A DNA stretch of 64,000 bases, taken from NCBI GenBank assembly GCA_045533905.1, contig JAZSIR010000003.1, forward strand, positions 28,976-92,975, in the 5' to 3' direction. The notes beneath the pieces were generated by a model. That model saw only the letters and a program-made list of their open reading frames with translations. It had not been told where the DNA came from and searched no databases. Of the stretch, positions 19,140 through 27,668 are shown in pieces. Position numbers and translations under genes: made by a program. Numbering within the stretch: position 1 is the stretch's first letter; every line of letters begins with the position of its first letter. This DNA comes from Clostridia bacterium (GTDB taxonomy: Bacteria; Bacillota; Clostridia; UMGS1883; UMGS1540).

Positions 19140-19697
19140 ATGGCCAGAAAAATTACATTGCCCCTTACAGAGGAGCTTGCAAAAACTTTAAAGGCCGGTG
19201 ACGAAGTTCTTTTAACCGGTACCATTTACACTTCCCGCGATGCCGGCCATAAGCGTATGTGCGAAGCACTCGCACGCGGCGAGGAATTGCCGTTTGACCC
19301 GAAGGATGCCACGATCTACTACGTAGGCCCCACGCCCGCAAAGCCGGGTCAAGTTATCGGCTCTGCAGGTCCCACCACAAGCGGCAGAATGGACGCCTAT
19401 GCGCCTACGATGATGCGTGTCGGCGCACGCGGCATGATTGGTAAGGGCGCACGCCTTCCTGAAGTAGTGGATGCAATGCGCGAAAATGCAGGGGTATACT
19501 TTGGCGCTATCGGCGGCGCAGGTGCGCTTTTAGCCAAATGCATTAAGAGCGCAGAACTGATTGCCTATGAGGATTTAGGGGCAGAAGCGCTTCGCAAACT
19601 CTACGTAGAAGATATGCCGCTTGTAGTCATTATTGACAGCGAAGGCACCAATTTGTACGAAAAAGGAAGGGAAGCTTACCTCGCTTCCAGAAAATAG
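19140..19697 (+). CDS. Class I Fe-S hydro-lyase beta subunit (fumarate hydratase / tartrate dehydratase beta)
   Basis: 185 aa, with the beta-subunit signature GTIYTSRDAGHKRM...GPTTSGRMD. Confidence 0.8.
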   Translation: MARKITLPLTEELAKTLKAGDEVLLTGTIYTSRDAGHKRMCEALARGEELPFDPKDATIYYVGPTPAKPGQVIGSAGPTTSGRMDAYAPTMMRVGARGMIGKGARLPEVVDAMRENAGVYFGAIGGAGALLAKCIKSAELIAYEDLGAEALRKLYVEDMPLVVIIDSEGTNLYEKGREAYLASRK

Positions 19698-19740
19698 TTG
19701 TGTATTTTGTACAAAAATTAAACAATTTTCGGCAAAAGTA

Positions 19741-19769
19741 TTGAAATTATGCCAAAAAGGTGATAGAAT
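19741..19769 (+). promoter_or_regulatory. Promoter for hup
   Basis: TTGAAA, a 17-nt spacer, TAGAAT. An AAAGGAAAGGAG RBS follows. Confidence 0.55.
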
Positions 19770-19804
19770 GACAATATGAATGAAAAAGGAAAGGAGTGAA
19801 TGAA

Positions 19805-20077
19805 GTGAATAAAGCTGAACTCATCGCAGCAATCGCAGCAAAAGCAGAAATCTCCAAGAAGGATGCTGATAAGGCTCTGGCAGCAATGCTCGCCACAGTT
19901 ACGGAAGAATTAAAGGCAAAGAAGAAGGTACAGTTGATCGGTTTCGGTACTTTCGAAACTCGTCAGCGTGCAGCACGTAAGGGTAAGAACCCGCAGACAG
20001 GTGCTGAAGTTACAATTCCGGCAGCAACCGTTCCGGTATTCAAGGCCGGTAAGGCTCTGAAGGAAACTGTAAAATAA
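19805..20077 (+). CDS. hup: DNA-binding protein HU
   Basis: MNKAELIAAIA...GFGTFETRQRAARKGKNPQTGAEV. The start was moved to a GTG 9 nt after GGAG. Confidence 0.9.
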   Translation: MNKAELIAAIAAKAEISKKDADKALAAMLATVTEELKAKKKVQLIGFGTFETRQRAARKGKNPQTGAEVTIPAATVPVFKAGKALKETVK

Positions 20078-20091
20078 GATACAGGCAAAAA

Positions 20092-20131
20092 AGAAGCTTC
20101 TCCACGTGTGGAGAAGCTTCTTCTCGTTTTT
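20092..20131 (+). terminator. Rho-independent terminator of hup
   Basis: Perfect 14-bp stem AGAAGCTTCTCCAC/GTGGAGAAGCTTCT followed by TCTCGTTTTT. Confidence 0.8.
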
Positions 20132-20170
20132 GCGGTGTTTTTCGAAAATGAACAGACTAAGACAAATATT

Positions 20171-20410
20171 CTTCTTGCCTTTTTGCGTTCTGGACTGTGG
20201 GGATAGGAAAAAAGATGCAGAAGGGCAAAACTCCACCCGCCGTCGTACATGCGTACTACAAGTGGTGGAGTTTTGTCCTAGCAAAAAGGCGCATATACGA
20301 AGGGACTCTCCAAAATGGAGAGCCCCTTCCTTTGGAAGATTACTTTTAGAGAACGAACCGGCTAAGAAAAATATTTTCCCCGCCTTTTTGCGTTCTGGAC
20401 TTTTTTTACG
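20171..20410. repeat. Copy 1 of a conserved intergenic element of about 190-240 nt: B-box, 5' hairpin module, variable hairpin, B-box
   Basis: Compared with 35595-35810, the following are shared. GGGGATAGGAAAAAAGA..GCAGAA. The hairpin AAAACTCCACC-[26-nt loop containing GTACATGCGTAC]-GGTGGAGTTTT. TAGCAAAA(A)GGCG. The 3' box (T/C)GCCTTTT(T)GCGTTCTGGACTTTTTTTAC. An extra B-box lies at 20171-20196. Confidence 0.6.
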
Positions 20411-20420
20411 AGTCCAAAGC

Positions 20421-20621
20421 TTATTTCATGTCGTTTTCTGCCTTCATGATCATCTTCTTAACCATCTGACCGCCTACAGAACCGGCCTGCTTGCTGGTAA
20501 GGTCGCCATTGTAGCCGTCTTTAAGGTTTACGCCAACTTCGTTTGCAGCTTCCATCTTGAACTTGTCAAGTGCTGCACGTGCTTCGGGAACGAGTGTTCT
20601 GTTATTATTTCTGTTTGCCAT
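20421..20621 (-). CDS. Small acid-soluble spore protein, alpha/beta type
   Basis: 66 aa, ...LVPEARAALDKFKMEAANEVGV...GDLTSKQAGSVGGQMVKKMI. This is the canonical SASP signature. Confidence 0.85.
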   Translation of the reverse strand: MANRNNNRTLVPEARAALDKFKMEAANEVGVNLKDGYNGDLTSKQAGSVGGQMVKKMIMKAENDMK

Positions 20622-20791
20622 TTTTGTTTACTCCTTTAAAATAAATTGTTTTTGTCGGTGCAGTAGTTAGTTTGAACAGTTTGCACTTTTATATGTAGCC
20701 AATTTTTTGTATTTCGGGAAAAAATTCTTGAAGAAAAATGCAAAATATGATACTATTATAGGGAATGATAAAACCGAAAGAGGTACACGCG

Positions 20792-23383
20792 ATGCAGAAA
20801 ATCACCCCGATGATGCAGCAATACTTTGAAATCAAAGAAGCGTATAAAGATGCGATACTGTTTTTCCGTCTCGGCGATTTTTACGAGATGTTTTATGACG
20901 ATGCCGTGCTTTGCGCGCGCGAACTTAAAATTACGCTAACGGGAAAAAGCTGCGGTCAGGAAGAAAAGGCGCCGATGTGCGGCGTGCCCTTCCATTCGGC
21001 GGATGAGTATATTTCTACCCTTGTATCGCGTGGGTATAAAGTTGCCATTTGCGAGCAGGTGGAGGACCCGAAGGCGGCAAAAGGCATTGTACGGCGCGAC
21101 GTTGTAAGAATTGTAACGCCCGGCACCACGCTTGACGAAAAGATTTTAACCCAGCGCGGCGAAAATTATATTTGTTCCGTTTTTAAAAACGGAGATGAAA
21201 GCGGCGTTACCTTCTGCGAAGCCTCCACGGGTAAAATGCAGGCCACCACGTTTTCGGACGATGCCGAGGGGCACCTCCTCGCCGAAGAAATTCTTCGTAT
21301 GTATCCGGCGGAAATTATTTATAATCTCGAAGCCGGCGAATGTGAAAAGGTAAAAAATGCCGCAAAGTACGCGGGGAGCCTCACCGTTTTATATAATGAT
21401 ATGTATTTTGCCGAAGACTATGCGGCCGAAGCTGTTTTTGACCAGTTCGGCGCGAAGAAGGAGAAACTGCCGCCGTATGCTATGCGTTCTACCGGCGCAC
21501 TCCTTTCGTACCTTTCGCAAACGCAAAAGGTAAAGCCAAGGCATATTACCGATATTGAAGTATACCAGACGGCGCAGTTTATGGAAATGGATATGGCCGC
21601 ACTTTCGAATCTCGAACTCTGTAAGAATATGCGCGACCGCGAAAAGCGCTTTTCTCTCTACTGGGTGCTCGATAAATGCAAAACCACCATGGGCTCGCGC
21701 ACGATGCGCGCGTGGCTCCTTCGTCCGCTACTTAATTGTGCGCGTATTCTGGCGCGCCATACGGCGGTGGAAGAATTTACAAAAAATCCGCTCCTTCTCG
21801 ATGCCGTACGCGAGCTTTTGGAAGAAGTTTCCGATATGGAGCGTCTTTCCGGCCGCGTCGTTATGGGCACCGTAAGCCCCAGAGATTTATTAAAGCTTCG
21901 CGCATCTTTAGCCGTTTTGCCGGAGCTGAAAGCCAAAATGCAAACGGCCACAGCAAAACTGCTTCTCGAAGAGACGGCAGAAATCGACCCGCTTCCCGCG
22001 CTTTGTGATTTAATTGAACGCGCCATAAATCCCGAGCCGCCGCTTGCCATTCGCGATGGGAACATTATTCGCGAAGGCTTTTCGGAGGAGCTTGATGCCC
22101 TTCGCCGCGCTATGCATGACGGCGCCGGCATTATCCATGAAATCGAAGCGGAGGAAAGAGAACGTACCGATATTAAAAATCTCCGCATCCGCTTTAACAA
22201 AGTTTTCGGCTATTATATTGAAGTTTCCAATTCCCATCTCGATAAGGTACCCGAGGACTATATAAGAAAGCAAACCACCGTAGGCGGCGAACGCTTTATT
22301 ACCGAGCGCCTCAAAGAAGTGGAAAGTATGATACTCGGCGCCTCCGAAAAGAGCACGGCGCTTGAATATTCGCTTTTCCAGGAGGTGCGCGCCCGCATCG
22401 CGGAAGAAACAGAAAAACTCCAGCGCACGGCGCACGCCGTCGGCGTTTTGGATGCACTCGCATCCCTTGCCGCGGTAGCTTTGCGAAACCGCTTTGTCCG
22501 TCCCGAGGTCGATACTTCGGAAAGCATTGAAATTCACGGCGGACGTCACCCCGTAGTAGAGCTCGCCTTGGACGATGCCCTCTTTGTCCCAAATGATACA
22601 CGGCTCGACACCGATAAAAACCGCCTTGCGATTATCACAGGGCCCAATATGGCCGGTAAATCTACATATATGCGCCAGATTGCGCTGATTACCATTATGG
22701 CGCAAATGGGCAGCTTTGTGCCGGCGGACTATTGCCGCATCGGCATTGTGGACAAGGTTTTCACGCGTATCGGCGCGTCGGACGATCTTTCCACAGGCCG
22801 CAGTACCTTTATGGTGGAAATGAGCGAGGTGGCAGATATTTTGCGCCACGCCACAAAGCGAAGCCTATTGGTGCTCGACGAAATCGGGCGCGGTACAAGC
22901 ACGTATGACGGGCTTTCCATCGCCTGGGCGGTGCTCGAACACTGCGCCACGCGCATTGGCGCGAGAACGCTTTTTGCCACGCATTACCATGAGCTTACAA
23001 AGCTTGAGGATAAAATGGAGGGCGTTGTAAACTATAACATTGCCGCCAGAAAACGTGGAGACGATATTATTTTCCTTCGTAAAATTGTACCCGGTGGCAC
23101 AGACGATAGCTACGGCATAGAGGTAGCCCGCCTTGCAGGCGTACCCGAAGGTGTTACAAAGCGTGCAAAAGCCATTTTAAAGGAAATTGAAGAAGGAAAT
23201 GGGGGCGTCACGGTGCGCGGGGCGTCAAAAAAAGAAGCCGAGCCCACGCTTCAAATGGGTTTTGCCGCTATGGGGCAAAACGAAATTTTAGAGGAGCTTC
23301 GCACCATAGATGCTGAAACGCTCTCGCCCATTGAAGCCTTAAATGCGCTTTATAAACTTACGAAAAAAGCAAGAGAAGTATAG
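20792..23383 (+). CDS. mutS: DNA mismatch repair protein MutS
   Basis: N-terminal mismatch-binding domain TPMMQQYFEIK..FFRLGDFYEMF, and a Walker A GPNMAGKSTYMRQ. The start was moved to the ATG at 20792. Confidence 0.9.
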   Translation: MQKITPMMQQYFEIKEAYKDAILFFRLGDFYEMFYDDAVLCARELKITLTGKSCGQEEKAPMCGVPFHSADEYISTLVSRGYKVAICEQVEDPKAAKGIVRRDVVRIVTPGTTLDEKILTQRGENYICSVFKNGDESGVTFCEASTGKMQATTFSDDAEGHLLAEEILRMYPAEIIYNLEAGECEKVKNAAKYAGSLTVLYNDMYFAEDYAAEAVFDQFGAKKEKLPPYAMRSTGALLSYLSQTQKVKPRHITDIEVYQTAQFMEMDMAALSNLELCKNMRDREKRFSLYWVLDKCKTTMGSRTMRAWLLRPLLNCARILARHTAVEEFTKNPLLLDAVRELLEEVSDMERLSGRVVMGTVSPRDLLKLRASLAVLPELKAKMQTATAKLLLEETAEIDPLPALCDLIERAINPEPPLAIRDGNIIREGFSEELDALRRAMHDGAGIIHEIEAEERERTDIKNLRIRFNKVFGYYIEVSNSHLDKVPEDYIRKQTTVGGERFITERLKEVESMILGASEKSTALEYSLFQEVRARIAEETEKLQRTAHAVGVLDALASLAAVALRNRFVRPEVDTSESIEIHGGRHPVVELALDDALFVPNDTRLDTDKNRLAIITGPNMAGKSTYMRQIALITIMAQMGSFVPADYCRIGIVDKVFTRIGASDDLSTGRSTFMVEMSEVADILRHATKRSLLVLDEIGRGTSTYDGLSIAWAVLEHCATRIGARTLFATHYHELTKLEDKMEGVVNYNIAARKRGDDIIFLRKIVPGGTDDSYGIEVARLAGVPEGVTKRAKAILKEIEEGNGGVTVRGASKKEAEPTLQMGFAAMGQNEILEELRTIDAETLSPIEALNALYKLTKKAREV

Positions 23384-23393
23384 GAGAAAAAAG

Positions 23394-23861
23394 ATGAAGC
23401 TCAAGAAAATTTTATACGCGGCCGTGATTGCCGCCGTATACGCCGCACTCACTCTGATTTTTGCACCCATCAGCATGGGCCCTGTACAGTGTCGCGTTTC
23501 CGAAGCGCTTTGCGTTTTGCCGATGCTTTCGCCCGTAGCCATTCCCGGCCTTTTCATAGGGTGCCTCATTGTCAATATCTTCCTCGGCTCTATCTATGAT
23601 ATCATTTTCGGCTCGCTCACGACGCTCGTGGCGGCGTATCTCTCATGGCGCTTTCGTAAGAACCGCTGGCTCGCCGTATTTTTCCCGGTTATCTTAAATG
23701 CCATCATTGTTGGCGGATATTTGGGGCTTTTCCTGCCGGATGCTCCCGCGGTTTGGTTTTGTATGCTCACGGTGGGCATTGGCGAGGCGCTCTCCTGCTA
23801 CGGGATAGGGCTTGCACTGTTTCCGATGTTTAAAAAACTTTTCACAAGGTTGTATCTGTAA
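23394..23861 (+). CDS. QueT-like small membrane protein (putative queuosine-precursor transporter family)
   Basis: 155 aa with 4-5 TM segments and an ECF-S/QueT-like topology. It overlaps the mutS 3' end. The start was set at the ATG after AGGAG. Confidence 0.45.
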   Translation: MKLKKILYAAVIAAVYAALTLIFAPISMGPVQCRVSEALCVLPMLSPVAIPGLFIGCLIVNIFLGSIYDIIFGSLTTLVAAYLSWRFRKNRWLAVFFPVILNAIIVGGYLGLFLPDAPAVWFCMLTVGIGEALSCYGIGLALFPMFKKLFTRLYL

Positions 23862-23879
23862 AAGAAAGGGGAATGTAAA

Positions 23880-24089
23880 ATGCCTCCGGAATATAAACCG
23901 CTTTTAATCGTGGCCGTTATTTTTCTCGGCTTTCCCGTTTACTTTTTGCCCAGCTATGTGGCGGCCAAGCGCGAGCATCCAAAAAGAAAGAAAATCCTCT
24001 ACTGGAATCTTTGCACCGCGTGGACCGGGCTAATCGCCTGGGCTATCTTGATGTTTTGGGCAGCTAAAAAAACAGAAACAGAAGAATAA
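23880..24089 (+). CDS. Superinfection-immunity-like small membrane protein (Imm_superinfect family)
   Basis: 69 aa. YFLPSYVAAKREHPKRKKILYWNLCTAWTGLIAWAILMFWAA matches the YFLP..IA..R.H.....I...N...GWT..GWI.AL.WA pattern. Confidence 0.55.
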   Translation: MPPEYKPLLIVAVIFLGFPVYFLPSYVAAKREHPKRKKILYWNLCTAWTGLIAWAILMFWAAKKTETEE

Positions 24090-24116
24090 AAGGGATGTAA
24101 AAAAGGCGTAGAACGC

Positions 24117-24150
24117 AAAAAGGACTCTCCAAAATGGAGAGTCCTTTTAC
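24117..24150. terminator. Bidirectional rho-independent terminator between the Imm-like gene and lon
   Basis: AAAA-GGACTCTCC-AAAAT-GGAGAGTCC-TTTTAC. The same hairpin sequence recurs at 20302 and 32487. Confidence 0.75.
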
Positions 24151-24157
24151 TTTGTTC

Positions 24158-26536
24158 TTATGCGCGCACATTGTCTAAGCTCTGCGGGGCAGTCATAAAA
24201 TCAAGCTCTGCCTCCGCGCGCTTTTCTTTTGCAAGTAGCGAGAGGGCGAAAACTTCGTCCATCGTCGATACCGGCACAATGGAAAGGGCATCGCGTACTT
24301 CGCGCGGCAGTTCCTCTGTATCGCGCATATTTTCGCGCGGGATAAGCACAAGCTTTTTGCCAAGGCGGTGTGCCGCGGTGAGCTTTTCCAAAATGCCGCC
24401 CACAGGCAGTACACGGCCGCGAAGTGTAATTTCCCCTGTCATCGCAATATCGCCGCGTACAGGGCGATTTGAAAGCGCTGAGGCAATGGCCGTGGCAATC
24501 GTAATGCCGGCAGAAGGGCCGTCCTTCGGTACTGCGCCCTCAGGTACATGCAGGTGAATGTCGCGCGTTTTATAAAAGTCGGGCGAGATGCCGAGCGTTT
24601 CGGCACGCGCGCGGATAAAGCTTATAGCGGCGCTTGCCGATTCCTTCATCACATCACCAAGGCATCCTGTAAGCTGCACCTTGCCGTCGCCGTCGAGAGC
24701 TGCCACTTCAATGCGAAGCGTCTCGCCGCCCACAGCCGTCCAGGCAAGGCCCGAGGCCGTGCCCACTTCGGGGCGGTTTCCTTCCGCATCGCGGATAAAC
24801 TTGTATTTTCCGAGAAGGTCCTCCAGATTTTTCGCCTGTACGGTCACGCTTTCTTCGCCTTTGTCGATTTTCGCGGCAATGCGGCGGCAAAGATGTGCAA
24901 TCTCGCGTTCAAGTGTTCTGACGCCTGCTTCTCTTGTGTAATGCTCAATGATGCCGCGCACCGCATCGCGCCGCACTTTTACGGAGTGCCCCGCGAGCCC
25001 GTGCGAGGCGAGCGTTTTGGGGAGAAGGTGGCGCATGGCAATTTCAAGCTTTTCGTTTTCTGTGTAGCCGGAAATTTCGATAATCTCCATGCGGTCGTAA
25101 AGCGGCGCGGGAATATCCGCGGCGGTGTTTGCGGTCGTGATAAACATCACGTTGTCAAGCGGGAATGCAACTTCGAGATAATGGTCGCGGAACGTGTGGT
25201 TTTGTGCAGGGTCGAGTACCTCTAAAAGTGCCGAGGCAGGGTCGCCCTTGTAATCTTTCCCCAGCTTATCAATTTCATCGAGTAGAATCAGCGGATTTTC
25301 CGTTTTCGCACGGCGCACGGCATCTGCAATGCGCCCGGGCATCGAACCGATGTACGTTTTGCGGTGGCCGCGGATTTCCGCTTCATCGTGCACACCGCCG
25401 AGGGAAACGCGCACATAGCTTCGCCCAAGTGCCTCGGCTACGGATTTTGCAATCGAGGTTTTACCTACGCCCGGCGGGCCTACAAGGCACAAAATCTGCC
25501 CGCGCATATTGCCTGCAAGCTTTTTTACGGCAAGATGCTCTAAAATACGCTCTTTCACGCGCGTAAGGCCGTAATGGTCGCGGTCTAAAATCTTGCGTGC
25601 ACGGGCGAGGGAATCGTTTTCCTTCGTAAAAATGCCGTAGGGCATATCGAGAAGGGTTTCAAGATACGTATAAATGACGGCACTTTCAGGCGAGGTGGGG
25701 TTTTGGCGGCGAAGCTTTAAAAGCTCCTTTTCCGCTTTTGCGCGTACCTCATCGGGAAGCGCGCGTGTGTAAATTTTATTTTCAAAGGCAGCAATGTCCT
25801 CTTCAAAATCATCCCCGAGCTCGCGGGAGATGACCTGCAGCTGCTCTCTTAAATACGCCTCTTTTCTGTGCTGCGCCAGATTTTCCTGCACGCGGGAGGT
25901 AATATCATTCTCCGTGCGGAGCACCTCCACCTCACCTTCTAAAATCGTAATAAAGGTGTGGGCGCGCTCGAAAATGTTGCGCTCTTCTAAAATCGCCTGC
26001 TTGTCGGCCGTGCGCACAAAGAAATTCGAGGCGAGAAAATCGAGATATTTTCCGAAATCCGTTTCCTCGGAAATGCTGCGGTACAGGTCCGCACTGGCAC
26101 GCTTATTGAGCTGAAAATATTCGGCAAAAAGGCGGTCAATCACGCGGCGCATTGCCTCGGTATCGAGTGAGGTGATGCCGCGGCGAAGCGAACGGACCTG
26201 CCGTACGCTGCAGCGGAAATAGTCACCCTCGGTGTCAAGCTCCATAAGTTCTGCACGGTAAAGACCTTCCACCAAAACGCGCACACAGTTTTGCGGCAGG
26301 CGCAGCATCTGGCGGATGCGCGCCACGGTGCCCATATGGTACAGGCCTTCCGCCCCCGGGTTATTGTCGCCTGCATCTGTTTGTGTAGCGAGAAATGCGG
26401 TCTGCCCGTTTTGCATGGCGGCCTCAAGCGCCGCAATGGATTTTTCGCGTGCCACATCGAAATGCAGAACCATATATGGATAAATTACAATGCCGCGCAC
26501 GGGGATCAGCGGCATTGACAGAGTCTGTCTCGGCAT
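24158..26536 (-). CDS. lon: ATP-dependent Lon protease
   Basis: LON N-domain, AAA+ Walker [10 protein letters not shown], and a proteolytic domain with the PKDGPSAG serine motif. The start was moved to the internal ATG with a GGAAAGGAG RBS. Confidence 0.9.
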   Translation of the reverse strand: MPRQTLSMPLIPVRGIVIYPYMVLHFDVAREKSIAALEAAMQNGQTAFLATQTDAGDNNPGAEGLYHMGTVARIRQMLRLPQNCVRVLVEGLYRAELMELDTEGDYFRCSVRQVRSLRRGITSLDTEAMRRVIDRLFAEYFQLNKRASADLYRSISEETDFGKYLDFLASNFFVRTADKQAILEERNIFERAHTFITILEGEVEVLRTENDITSRVQENLAQHRKEAYLREQLQVISRELGDDFEEDIAAFENKIYTRALPDEVRAKAEKELLKLRRQNPTSPESAVIYTYLETLLDMPYGIFTKENDSLARARKILDRDHYGLTRVKERILEHLAVKKLAGNMRGQILCLVGPPGVGKTSIAKSVAEALGRSYVRVSLGGVHDEAEIRGHRKTYIGSMPGRIADAVRRAKTENPLILLDEIDKLGKDYKGDPASALLEVLDPAQNHTFRDHYLEVAFPLDNVMFITTANTAADIPAPLYDRMEIIEISGYTENEKLEIAMRHLLPKTLASHGLAGHSVKVRRDAVRGIIEHYTREAGVRTLEREIAHLCRRIAAKIDKGEESVTVQAKNLEDLLGKYKFIRDAEGNRPEVGTASGLAWTAVGGETLRIEVAALDGDGKVQLTGCLGDVMKESASAAISFIRARAETLGISPDFYKTRDIHLHVPEGAVPKDGPSAGITIATAIASALSNRPVRGDIAMTGEITLRGRVLPVGGILEKLTAAHRLGKKLVLIPRENMRDTEELPREVRDALSIVPVSTMDEVFALSLLAKEKRAEAELDFMTAPQSLDNVRA

Positions 26537-26703
26537 AAAAATGCGCTCCTTTCCTGTGTTTATTACAGTATAGCGCATTTTCCGCCTCTTTTCAAGTGTT
26601 TCTTACAAACTTCGCGCGGAGAAACGCTTGTAATTTCAGGCAGAGGCGGGATTTTCGGTGAAAGGCGGGCATATATACTAAAAAGAAAGGGGGCAAGCAT
26701 TCT

Positions 26704-27570
26704 TTGAGCCTGCATTCTGTTTTGGAAGTCCTGCCGTCGGAGATGGCGCGTCTTGTGCGGGAAAGCGGCATCCCGGAAGAAGGCATCCGTGAAATCCGCT
26801 TCCGCACGGGTGCGCCGCCTGTTTTGGTGGCGGATACGGTGCACGTTTTAGGCACAGAGCGCCCCGATGCGGCGATGCTGCAGAAAATTTCCGCACGCCT
26901 TTGCCAGAACTCTCTCTATGCGCGGCAGGAGGAGCTGCGCCACGGGTTCATCACACTGCCCGGCGGCCACCGCGCAGGTCTTTCCGGCCGCACCGTTTTG
27001 GAGGATGGGCGCGTCCGTGCCCTTACGGAAATTTCCTCTGTCAATATCCGCATCGCGCACGAGGTGCGGGGCGCGGCCGACAGCGTCTTGCCGCACATCG
27101 TATGCGGCAGAGAGGTGTATAATACACTGGTCATCTCACCGCCGGGCGCGGGGAAAACAACGCTTCTTCGCGATATTGCAAGGCAGCTCGGGAGCGAAAA
27201 ATACGGCTTTCGCACAGGCCTTGCCGATGAGAGAGGCGAAATTGCCGCTATGCACCGCGGCACGCCCGGGTGCGACGTGGGCATTTTTACGGATGTATAT
27301 GACGGATGCCCCAAAGCGGTGGCAATGGAAATGCTTCTGCGCGGTATGAGCCCGCGCGTCGTCATCACAGATGAAATCGGCGGCGAGGCAGATGCCGCAG
27401 CCGTGCGCGACCTTGTCCGCGCGGGCGTGCGCGTTATCGCGTCTGCTCACGGCGAAAGCCGCGGGGAGGTTCTTTCCCGCCGCGGCGTGGGCGCCCTTCT
27501 TTCGGAAGGCGTGTTTCAAAGGGTTGTAGTTCTCGGCGGCATCGGAAAAATTGTATCCGTCTCTTCATAA
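26704..27570 (+). CDS. spoIIIAA: Stage III sporulation protein AA (SpoIIIAA ATPase)
   Basis: Collinear with B. subtilis SpoIIIAA: EVLP..., GGHRAGLSGR, NIRIAHE, Walker A ISPPGAGKTTLLRD, DERGEIAA, CPKA, and Walker B VITDEIGG. TTG start. No spoIIIAB-AH genes follow. Confidence 0.8.
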   Translation: MSLHSVLEVLPSEMARLVRESGIPEEGIREIRFRTGAPPVLVADTVHVLGTERPDAAMLQKISARLCQNSLYARQEELRHGFITLPGGHRAGLSGRTVLEDGRVRALTEISSVNIRIAHEVRGAADSVLPHIVCGREVYNTLVISPPGAGKTTLLRDIARQLGSEKYGFRTGLADERGEIAAMHRGTPGCDVGIFTDVYDGCPKAVAMEMLLRGMSPRVVITDEIGGEADAAAVRDLVRAGVRVIASAHGESRGEVLSRRGVGALLSEGVFQRVVVLGGIGKIVSVSS

Positions 27571-27604
27571 AAACCGCGCATTTCAGTCTTTTTATGCAGA
27601 AGGC

Positions 27605-27633
27605 TTGACGGCAAACGGAAAATCCTGTATACT
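27605..27633 (+). promoter_or_regulatory. Putative promoter for nadK-argR-recN
   Basis: TTGACG, a 17-nt spacer, TATACT. Confidence 0.45.
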
Positions 27634-27668
27634 AAATGTATACTTTATGCATAAAAAGGGAAACCGAT

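Noticed and set aside
20140-20420. The repeat-rich intergenic region read as a CRISPR array or a riboswitch.
   Set aside because: The repeats are long composite modules with no regularly spaced short direct repeats. No T-box, glycine, SAM, TPP or purine riboswitch signatures are present, and no ORF follows in the sense orientation.
26537-26703. CIRCE or CtsR heat-shock operator upstream of lon.
   Set aside because: There is no match to TTAGCACTC-N9-GAGTGCTAA, and no tandem GGTCAAA heptads in the lon/spoIIIAA divergent region.
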